A stretch of DNA of 64,000 nt from NCBI GenBank assembly GCA_050273025.1, contig CP158636.1, positions 2,418,001 through 2,482,000 on the forward strand, written 5' to 3'. The DNA is from Cenococcum geophilum. Lineage: Eukaryota. The notes beneath the pieces are model-generated. The model searched no databases. It saw only the letters and a list, made by a program, of their open reading frames with translations, and was not told where the DNA came from. Numbering within the stretch: position 1 is the stretch's first letter; every line of letters begins with the position of its first letter. Below, piece by piece: positions 10,959 to 22,561 of this stretch. Both the position numbers and the translations under genes were made by a program.

Positions 10959-13900
10959 TGTGAGGTGAGGATATAGATAGGGAGTCCAATGATAGAACAA
11001 TAGGGTATATTGTACAGTAGAGACGAATCCTCAAGGGAGAAGGAGGAGTCTGAGGTGCGAGGTAAGGAAGGGGTTTCCCTAGGCACGTGCAGAGCACGTG
11101 CCTCACAGGCGAGTCGCATGCGAGTCGCCTGTGCCTCGCAGCTATATAACTATATACTCAGGTTTCACCTGACAATGCCCCCCCCTTTAAAAAGGGTCGT
11201 CCCCGATCCTTTATATGCTCAGGCCTTAATAAAACCCTATAAAAACCTTAATAAGAAAAAAATTGAAAGGGAAAGAGCGTCCTAATTTTGCGTATAGAGA
11301 GATAGGTAGTACACTTGCGCAAAGATATTAAGGAACTTCGACCGCCGGTTAAAGTTATCTAATTGGTTAGATTTGGCTTGCTAAGACTTCCCTACATTTT
11401 ACCGAGCCAATAGTAATTTTATATGCCCGGTATGGAAAATCCTAATTAGTCCATTTAATAGGTAGAGCTAGTAGCTTAATACCGTCGTCTAAATTTGGTA
11501 GATAAGAAATATTCTAAAAGCTCGCTTATATAGGTAGGTCGCTAGTACCTCGCGGGTAGGTTATAGGTTATTCGCATACAGCCAGATTTATAGACGGTAA
11601 GGCTATATACCAGTTAAACCCGCCGCTGACCCTTACTTTAGCCTTACGCTATACCGGCGTAGCGCCGTATATACTTCACGGGTAAGTTATAGGTTACTTA
11701 TATACAGCCAGATTAGGACAGTAGGGCTATATACCCGTTAAACCCGCCGCTGACCCTTACTTTAGCCTTACGCGTTCTCTATATAGTATATGCGTAGAAT
11801 AGTATATAAGTTGTGTCTTAGCAGTAGCGCTTGCTTTTCGCTTACGCTTTAGCTACGAGGCTAAGTAGTAGCACACTAGTTTCGTAAAACGGTCTATAAG
11901 GACAAGGAGGTGTCTTAGCCTTAAGGAAATCCGTAATAGTTAAGTAAGTAATACCGCTAGGCTCATATGGGGGCCTTAGGGGCTACAGCTCACCATAAGG
12001 TGTATAGCGGTGTAATTTAAGCGTTAGTAGGTATCGCAGTACCTAGGTATTTACGGAGGTCCTTAATAAGGCCAGACCTTATTATGCCTTAGGAGTCCTT
12101 AAGTGTTACCAGCAAGAGCTCACCCCTAGGTGGTCACGTGTAGAGTATATAAAGGCGTCCCTTATACTCCACAGATGGACTAGTAACTCGGGGGTGTTCC
12201 GTAAGCCGTTTCGGCTAAGGTAGCTACTACTACCACTTGCCGTGGCACAAGGCTCTGCGCAAAGCCAGTACCAGCAAGGTAACTCGCAGGGTCGTCGCGG
12301 GGGACCATCGCCTAGGCCAAGGGTCTAGCGCCACAGGTCGGTTAAAGTCTCAGTGAGAATGGCAAGACGCTCTAGTCCGCCGGCGCCAGGTTATTGGTAT
12401 AGTAGCACTAGGACCGCCCACAAGGTCCATAACCCGCAACTTTTATATAGCATTAAGGGTTAATTTAGCACCCATTGTCATATTAAGCACGTAGGCGGAC
12501 TTTACCCTAGGGCATATCCATCACGACATATACCACAATACGTTCCTTTTCTCCCCATCTAGCGTTAGGTCACGATGCGCCTGCGCAAGGTATGCATTTA
12601 GGGGTATACGGTATCCGAATCTAACGTCGGGTCGCAATGTCCTGCGCACAATATGCGTTCAGGGTATGCGGTGTCCTGGTCTTGGCATCTAACGTCGGGT
12701 CGCGATGTACCTGCGCACGATGTGCGTTCAGGGTATGCGTTATCCTAGTCCTGTTCTGACGTCGGGTCGCGATATCCTGCGCACAATATACGTTCGGGGT
12801 ATGCGTTATCCTAGTCCTATTCTAACGTCGGGTCGCGATGTCCTGCGCACGATATGCGTTCAGGGTATGCGGTGTCCTCATCTCATTCCCTGACGTCAGG
12901 TCGCGATGCGCCTGCGCAAGGTATGCGTTCAGGGGTATGCGTTATCCTAGTCTTGGGTGGCTTACTGCCAGTGATCTTTACTACGGCTACTGTCTGCATT
13001 CCTCATATAAGTCGCATACGTAGCGCCGGCGTCTAGGGGGTCCTCTGAGCCATCTGGCTGTTAAGTAGTCTCCCCAAGAGTTTAGTTAGGAAAGCGTCGC
13101 CTTCTTAAGGTTCTATCCTCTAAACCTAATCCTGCGGAGCTTAAGGTATGACCACGCTTTAAACACGAGGATTTGCTACTGCCAACTACGCGATCTTCCG
13201 TAAGCTTTATAGTGTTAAGCAGTTGCTCTATACGGCGGATTTCTACAAAGAGGTCCTTAGCGGTTCTTACCCATGCAGCAAAGTTCTGGCGGAAGAGCTC
13301 TGCTTATAGGTAGGTTGGGAGGCGCAAGAACTAAAAGTCTACCTATTAATCAGGGTCGACAAAAGGGGTGTATAAGAAGAGGTCCTCCAAGCTACGTATA
13401 CGGGCTAAGAAGGTGTTAAACTTCTGGTTTTCCTTTATTACAGTTATATAGTACGCAGTAGTATTTTTAAAGCGTCTTACTATAGGGTTCTTAATCTGGT
13501 CTTATACTATAGTCTTAAGTTCGTCCTATAGTAGAGGACCTTTATCTTTAGCGCCCAGGCGGCAATACACCAGTTAGGTGACTATCTTCTCTTTTATAAG
13601 ACCTTCAATGGCCCAGCGCGTATATCGCTCGCAGTTATAGTTAGCGTCGTAGATCTTGAATTGATTCTTGATTGCGGCAATCCACCGGTTAAACTTCTGT
13701 TAAGTAGTGCCACTAATGTTAGGCGGTGACTTCTTAACCAGGGCGTCGAGATTCGTTTATCATATACGTTCGCTGCGCGACTCATACTCTTCGCTAGAGA
13801 GACAACGGGAGGGCTTCATTGAATCGATAATACTCCGTAAGTTGGCTATTTTATTAGCCAGCTCATCTAGCTTCTTTAGGTTAGCAGTATTCGGTAGGAC

Positions 13901-14381
13901 GCTAGTAACCTTACTAAGCTCCTGTTGAGCCCAGGTATATAAGTTAAACTAGTCTCTAGCGTTTATAGATATCTAATCGTCTTAAGATTCGGAAGGTCGC
14001 GTAAATTCTGCTGATATGCTTCTAGCACTAGACCCTGAGGCGTTCTGCCGTCGTGTCACAGGCGTGTTGCCGTCAAGCGCAGGCGTCGATCTTGTCTTCG
14101 GAGGCATTGTGGATCGCGGAAAATTAAACCGGCTATCCTCCTAAGGGGATTGGTAAGGATTCAAATGTAAGGTAAAGATGTGGATAGGGAGTCCAATAAT
14201 AGAACAATAGGGTATATTGTACAGTAGAGACAAATCCTTAAGGGAGAAGGAGGAGTCTGAGGTGCAAGGTAAGGAAGGGGTTTCCCTAGGCATGTGCAGA
14301 GCACGTGCCTCACAGGCGAGTCGCATGCAAGTCGCCTGTGCCTCGCAGCTATATAACTATATACTCAGGTTTCACCTAACA
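10959..14381 (-). mobile_element. Non-autonomous (gag-only) LTR retrotransposon
   Basis: 216-bp LTRs at 10959-11174 and 14166-14381 (TG...CA); TSD TTAAA; polypurine tract on the minus strand next to the left LTR. A degraded gag-like ORF starts MPPKTRSTP at about 14107. No RT, RNase H or integrase recognised. Confidence 0.85.
12565..12950. repeat. About 60-bp tandem repeats inside the gag-like ORF (about 6 units)
   Basis: Unit GTCGGGTCGCGATGTCCTGCGCACGATATGCGTTCAGGGTATGCG... Confidence 0.85.
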
Positions 14382-17300
14382 TTAAATGCAAATGCTAAAA
14401 GCCGCGGCTAACGCTTTTATTGCTGCTCCTACGCCCACTACTAAATTGTAGAAACCTTAGGGTCGTATAGCTCTCTAGAACAGTAATCCTTGTACTTATC
14501 CTAACTTGCTAAACAAGTATACTTATTATTAATATCCCGCTTAATACAATTAAATAAGTTAAGCTATTCTTCCTATACCTTGGATTTAAGCTCCTTCTTA
14601 TATAATATAGAAACTAGATACTTATCTCGGTACTTCTCCTAAAGCTTCTTAACCCTTAATAGGGTATTCTTCTACTACTTCTCTAGCTAATATCTCTTAA
14701 TATAATTTATATAACGCTTTAGGTAAAGAATAAGAGCTATTACGGACGCTTTAAGTACAATATTACGACTACTTAGAGAGGAGTCGGAAGAAGCTAGTTA
14801 GTTAATTTAGGCACGGTCCAGGATAGAGCCAATAGAGCTATATGACGAGGAATGGTAACCGAGGTTATGTGGGGTAATCCGTATAATCTGTAGGATCTAT
14901 ATAATCCGTAATAGAGTATATAGAGTATATATATATTACGTACAAGAAGGATTTTATAGGAGTACGGTTATATATTTAAGGACCCTTAGTCCCTACCTAG
15001 ATAGTTCCTTCCTTATAGTAATTCTCAGAATATAATTAGAGTTAATCTATTAGGCAACCACTCCACCAGTTGTTATTATTATATTGACGTTTATACTGCA
15101 TTTCCTATACACCTAGCCTAATAACGAGCCCACCGTAGTTCTTGCTACAAGGTTCCGTTACACAATTACTACCTAGTTATAGTATTAGTATAAAGAGTTA
15201 AATAAAATGCCACTAAAAGCAGCCACTACGACGCCATCGACGGTAACAACTACTTTAAGATTAGGTAACGACACTAGTATAGCAAATACTAACTTACAGC
15301 AACCTATAACGGTCGGACAGTTATAAGAGATAGTTAACTAGTTAATAGAAAATAATACGACGCTGGAAAATAGGATTAATAGGATAGGCGCAGTAAAGGT
15401 TAAGTTACCATTAATTAAAAGATACTTAGGAGAGAAATTAAAGCTTAAAGAATTCCTTATATAAATGTACTTTAAGGTAGCACAGGAAGGAGCAAAGCTA
15501 GTAACACCTATAGATTAAATAGCATATGCAGGACTGTTCTTAATAGGAAGGGCACTTAAGTAGTTTAAGCCTTACCTTATAGAAATATAAGTAAATGGTA
15601 TAACAACCACTAACTAAGAAGTACGGTTTATATTCTTAAGCTAGAACGGATTTATAGAGTGACTTATATAGATGTTTAGAGACCCGGAGGTAATAACTAT
15701 AGTAAAGAGGAAGCTCTAAAACCTAACGCAACGGACCTTAGCAATTAAGTATATAATATAATTCTAGACGTTAGTAACGTAAGTAGAGTAGAATAATAGG
15801 GCGCTTATAGCACAGTATAAATAGGGACTTAAGGCTAAAGTCTAGGACGTGATTATCCTAATAGAAGATGTGGATACCCTAAGAGATCTAATAGATTACG
15901 TAATTAAGATTAATAATTGGATCTACTAAAGGGAACAGGCTAAGAAAGGTTAGGACAGAGTTCTATAGTTATATAAGGCGTAAAGCACGCAACGATAGAA
16001 GCTAAGTTAGAAACTATAGTATAGCGTAGAGCTAATGGACCTAAGTGGTACTAAAGAAGCCTATAAGAGAAGGAGCAAAAAACTATGGAAACCTAAAGAA
16101 TAAAAATTAAGTAATTAAGAGCTTAAGGAGCAGAGGCCGAATCAGGGATCTTAGCAGTAGAAGACATTTAGGCGGACTCTATAGTAAGAAAAATAGTTTA
16201 AAGAAGGAGCTTATATAAATTGCGGAAAATAGGGTTACTATATTAGAGACTATAGAAGTGGGCAGAGTTACTATATAGTAAAAGGTATAAGACTAGTAGG
16301 CAATATATATGTATAGAGGGATAACAATATACTATAAGGAACAAAGGAATGTTTAATTAGAAGTTTTGCGTTCTGTTATAATAACGCATGCTAAATTTAT
16401 AAGGACGCTAAGTATGGCGTAAGCTATTAGCCATAAGAGCTATAACCTATAGGATATAGAGGAACTAATAAACTAGTTCATAGATCGGATATTAAGGACA
16501 ATAAATTTAATATAGGCGAAACATTTTATAACAATAAGGTAATAAAGGCGGCTTACTAAGAGCACGTAAACCTTAAAGATATTATACCAGAGGTAGAGGA
16601 TGATTCCACTATAGAATAGGGAACATTAGTAGGGATTAAGACCCCACTAGACACAATATCTATTACTTCGCGAGATGTAAGAGAAGTAGGATAGTAAACC
16701 ACTTTAGCACTTAATAAAGGTAAAAGGCTAAAGGCTTAAGACTCTTATAACAAGATATAAGACGACTAAGATTCTTAAGATAAAATAAGGCAAGCTTAAG
16801 GACCTATAATAGACGATAACCAATAAAGCAGAGCAATGGCTTAGTTTAGTAATATACAAATAAGCTTGGGACGGAAGTTCCCACAGGCATAAGATTCTCA
16901 AGACGAGATAAGTAAGATTTAAGATTCTTAAGACAAGATAAGAACACTAAGTAAGCCTAGTTAGACTAAGGCTGAAGCTAAGCTTAAGTTAGAAGTAAGC
17001 TTAGGATTAAGGATCTAAAGGGACTAAGAATTTGGAATATAAATTAGGGCACCCACAGATAAGAGGTAAGGAGCTTCTTTATAGATTAGAGAATCTACGG
17101 CATAAATAATAATTAGACTAGGAGACAGATATATAGACCTAGAAGACTTACTAGTAGAATACGTTATTTGGACTAAAGATCGAAAAGTTAATATAAAGAT
17201 TAAGAAGTAAGAGAACTTTAAGGATTAAAGCGCGAGACGTAAACCAAAAGAAACTATAGAAGAATTTAGGTAAAGAATTATTGCATAGTAAGAACAGAAA

Positions 17301-20300
17301 CTGGATAAGAGATCTAGTATATTAGGACGTATAAAGGATAAAGCGCTAATATAAAGAATTACTAATAGGCCTAGGGCAGGCATACTAAGAGCTAAGTGGC
17401 TTACTAAACTAGAAGGTAAAGAGGATCTAGGAATCCTAACTAGGTTTAAAGAATAACATATAAAGGGCTGTTATAATATAGTAATAAGAAGATACTTCCT
17501 TACGGACAAGCTATACACACTCTAGTAGCTGTACTAAAAGTGGTATAGGTAGAGGCATAATAATAAGTGGGAAGATTTTTATATATAGTTAGATAAAAGA
17601 GTTATCCAAGACCACCTAATTATAAAAAAGGCTATAACATATATCAAAGGAGCCTTAATTATAATATTAAAGGATCTAGAGGAATAATTAGAGGATTAGA
17701 GAAGTAAGAGATATATCTTAGTACCTGCGAATAAAGTTGTAACGTTTAGATTAGCGCGATAAAGGTTTAAACTTAAGGATAAGGATAAGCTAAGAGTTAA
17801 CCTAAAGCACCTAGCATACTATACGTTATTATAGATTACATGCGTGGATAATATATATAAGATATATAAGAATCCGAAAGAAAAGAATTAGAAATACCCT
17901 ATAAGGATATACTAAATAATAGATAAGCGATAGTATAGGAATGCCAAATATATATATAAATGGCATCCAGCAGAGGTTTAGGAGAAAGGAAGCTTAGTAC
18001 TTTAACTAGGAAGATTCCTTACAGAAGAATACTTAGACGGACAATAGTAGTGGGAATGCCCAGAAAATACGTGTCTATAGTATATTAAAGATAAAAAGCG
18101 AACTAGGCATTGGCTAAAGAGCGAGCCAAGTATATAAGGATTAAGTAGCCAACAGTTAGAAAAAGTAGAGGCCTATAGAACTAGAGGGAGCCAGTAGTAG
18201 AGCCTTAGACCCTTAAAGGAATTTAAGGATAACACCTAAATTTATAAGTTAAATAGTAAGATTAGTAGTTTGAAGCGCTAATAGATAGTAGAGCAACGCG
18301 GAACTATATCTTATTAGTAGCAGTTAAGAGAATAGGGCTACCTTATAGATAGAAGGAGTAACTTTACCTATTAGTTACAATTTTAGGAGATCTAATAGCC
18401 TATAGAGGAGGGATTATTAATCTTAAAATAGGACCTATTTAAATAACTATTAAAGGAAGATAAATCGAGATGTCTTTTAATATCCTACTATTAGGACGAG
18501 ACAAGGCAGTATTAGGTATGCCTTAATTATAGGAATACAATCTAAGGATTAATTAGATTATAGGTTAGGTTAATATTAAGAATACTTAACGCCGTAAGTA
18601 GTAATAATAAGCTAAGTTAGTATAGTACTAAGTAGGAGCAACCTACGAAGGAACAGAAAAAGGACTAAGTTATATACTAAAAAGATACTATAAGTACGGT
18701 AAGAAACTATAGTCACTAGAAAGTAAAAAGCTGTTAAAGCGTATAGCATGGGACTATAAGATAGAGTTAGAACTAGAAATAAGCCTAAAGTTTTTTCTAA
18801 TCTATAAGCTTACTAAAGAGGAAGGTAGAATACTAAAAGAGTTTATCTAAGAAAACTTACGAAAGGGATATATTAGACCATTATAGTTATTAGCGGGTTA
18901 TCCAGTACTATTTATACTAAAGAAGAATAGCAAACTAAAACTATATATTAACTATAGGCAATTAAATAGCATCACTAGGAAGGATAGGTATTTTTTACCC
19001 TTAATTAGCGAAATCTAAGATAGGATAGGTAACGCGTAAATCTTTATAAAGATAGATCTAAGATGGGTGTACCATTAGATTAAAATTAAGGAAGGCGACG
19101 AATGGAAGGCAGCCTTTAGGTTAAAGAAAGGACTATATAAACCATTAGTTATGCAATTTAGGCTTATAAACGCACTAGCAACGTTCTAGAAGTATATTAA
19201 TAATATATTAGGGGAACACTTAGATGAATTTATTATAGTATATCTTAATAATATTATTATCTACTTAATAACTAAGGAAGAACATGGGGAACACGTTAAA
19301 TGGGTCTTAAAGAGACTACAGGAAGAATAGATGCTAGTAGTAATTAAGAAATGCGAGTTCTTTACCAAAAAGACCGATTTTGTAGGATTTATTATTAAAC
19401 TAGGCTAACTTAGCATAGATCTAAAGAAGATTGAGGCTATAGTAAATTAGTAAGAACTAAAGAACGTTACGCAGTTAAGATTATTCCTAGGGTTTTATAA
19501 TTACTGTAGAAGGTTTATAGCACAATAGTTAAAGAACATTAAGCCGTTTACGCAATTAATAAAGAAAGAAGAACTATGGGCATAGGGAGAGGAATAAAGA
19601 GAACTCTTTAAAAAAGTTAAGGAGTTGTTTACCTAGGAGCCAGTTCTTAAGATCTATTAACTAGGACTAGAGACGGTTGTAAAAATAGATGCATTAGACT
19701 ATATACTAGGGGCATACTTTATATAAAGACATTAGGATAGATAGCACCTAGTAGCATATTATAGTCAAAAGATAACACTACTAGAGTTAAACTATAACAT
19801 CTATAATAAGGAGTTATTAGGTATAGTTACAGCATTAAAGGAATAGAGAGCATTCTTATAAGGCACAGAAAAACTATTTATAGTTAAGACGGATTATAAG
19901 AACCTAATAGGATTTCTAATAATAAAGGAACTTAACTAAAGATAGGTTAGATGGGCAGAGATGCTTATAGAATACTATTTTGAGATTTAGCATACTAAGG
20001 GTACAGACAATATGCGGGCAGATACTCTAAGTTATAAAGCTGAATTATAAAGTAATAAAAAGCCATTAGGGGCTTTACTGCGAAAAGACATAGACGGATT
20101 AATTAGGTACAATTATCCAAAAATTATAGCAACTTAGGAAGATAAGGAACTAAAGAAAGTCTATAAGTCACTAAAGAGCTTTTAGGTATAAAAGATTCTA
20201 GAAATACAGCTAAAAGATCTATAGGCGGATATATACAAAAATTAAAAAGCGAAGTATATCCTAAGAAGTATAGCAGAGTAGTTTATAGAGTACTTCTATA

Positions 20301-21589
20301 AGGGATTAACTTTGGGATATAATGGAGCTAAGGGCTTAGTATTAAGACTTTAGAAGGAGTATATTATTGACGGAATCTAGAGAATAGCTAAAAAGGTCAC
20401 TAAGGAGTGTCTAAATTACTAGAGGAATAAACTAATAAGGCATAAGCTATATGGAGGGCTATAACCTATTAAAATACTAGAAAGACTATAGGAGGTTATA
20501 TTATAGGACTTTATTATTAAGTTGCTAAAGTTAAGAGATCCTATTACCGGATAAGATTATAACGCGATCTTAGTAATAGTAGATAAGCTTATAAAGTGGG
20601 GATACTTTATAGTATGTACAGAAGAAATCTTAGCGGAAGATATCGCTAGAATCTATGTTAAAGAAGTATTCGTAAGACACGGAGCACTAAGTAAGATTAT
20701 ATTAGATAGGGATTTAAGATTTATAGCAGCATTTTAGAAAGTATTCTTAGCAGAGTAAGGAGTTAGAGCAGTAATTTTTACTATATATTATCTACAGACA
20801 GACGGTTAAATGGAAAGATTAAATTAGACGCTAGAACAGTATTTAAGGCATTATATTAATTATGCACAGAATAATTAGGTATTACTATTACTAGTTATAC
20901 AGTTTGCATATAATGCAATACCTTAAGAAGGAATAGGTACGTTACTATTTAAGGCAAATTACGGATATAAGCTAAGAATATCGTTGTTACTATAATAAGC
21001 GAAGAAAACAAGTAGCACAGCTAAAGAAAGAATAAAGATATTAATAAATCTTTATATAGACCTTATAGAATTAGTAAAGAAAGTATAAGAGAGAATAAAA
21101 AAGTACTATAATGCTAAGAGATCTAAGGGACCAGATCTTAAGGAGGGAGATAAAGTATGGCTACTATATAAAAATTTTAAGAGTTGACAACTAAGTAAGA
21201 AGTTAGACTACGTTAGACTAGGACCTTTCGAAATTACGTAGAAGATTTCACTGGTTATATTTAAGTTAAACCTACTAGCCAGAATAAAGATCTACCCTAT
21301 ATAGTATATTATAATGCTAGAGCCAGTATATAGGGATATTAACCCGCCAGTTTATAAGGCAGACATGTATAGAGGATAAAAAGAAGATAAATAGCAAGTT
21401 TTAAAGATCGTTAGTTATAAGGATATTAACAATAAAACATAGTATAAGGTTAAGTAGATAGGCTACACTAAGACTACCTAGGAACTACTAGAGAATTTAA
21501 AGAACGCTATAGGAAAGTTATAGGAGTATTAGAAGAGATTAGGTTAGGCAGTATTAATAAAGAAGGATCGCTAAAGAATGAGTCACCTA

Positions 21590-22122
21590 AGGGGGACCTA
21601 AGAAGAGCAGCTATTAAGGTACTCGAGCCTATTTCCTTCTCTATTAAAGGAGAATCCGTTCTTTTATTGCTAAGTTCCTATAAACCTTATTCCACGAGTT
21701 TCTACTCCTTAGAATGAACCTTCTTACGAACCTTCTTAAGACGAATTAATCGAGCGGACGCCGCGAGACGAGATTTAAGAGCCTGTTATTAAGCATTAGC
21801 AGCTTCTTATTTAGCATTATAAGAACGGCGTAGTTCCGCTAGAGTAATAGATAGTTTATTATCTAGCCGCGTAGTAGTAGATTAAATATAAAACTCTAAG
21901 ATAAATTAACCAGGGAACCAGACAACTATTAAGAGTAATAAGTCGCGTATATTTAGTATTAAAGATGGAGTAAATGTTATAGGACGAATAAATATTTGCT
22001 TTAGTATACTTTAAGTAAAAGGACGGTTGTTATAAAGATGGGTTTACTAACGTAATATAAACTAACCCCTCTTTTAAACAGCGAGAATACGGAGACGGTA
22101 TAATCTTACTAAGAGATAATAT
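21590..22122 (-). pseudogene. RIP-degraded antisense ORF in Gypsy 1: Zn2Cys6-like motif plus coiled coil
   Basis: Minus strand reads P[Y]SRCLKEGLV[Y]...PSF[Y]LK[Y]TKANIYSS[Y]; the bracketed Tyr codons (TAT/TAC) are one G-to-A step from Cys. It continues LAELRRS...ARLIRLKKVRKKVH. Confidence 0.55.
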
Positions 22123-22561
22123 TGTAGTAATAGTGCGAGCACAATAGACGGTCAAAGAAGAAGAAATTGCTTTAGGTATAATAAGCAATAATATTAACTA
22201 AATTAATTAGACGGATATTATACCTCTAGTAAACGACTTAGAGATATTTTAAATCTTTAAGAATAAAGATAAAGAGGAGGGAGATAGTATTACGGACGCT
22301 TTAAGTATAATATTATAACTACTTAGAGAGGAGTTGAAAGAAGCTAGTTAGTTAATTTAGGTATAGTCTAAGATGGAGCCGATAGAGCTATGTGATAAGG
22401 AATGGTAACTAAGGTTATATAGGGTAATCTATATAATCTATAGGATCTATATAATCCGTAATAGAGTATATAGAGTATACGTATATTATGTATAAGAAGG
22501 ATTTTATAGGAGTACGGTTATGTATTTAAGGACCCTTAGTCCCTACCTAGATAGTTCCTTT

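Noticed and set aside
15052..15172. Self-priming PBS in Gypsy 1
   Set aside because: Complementarity requires reverting about four of eight bases, which is too speculative.
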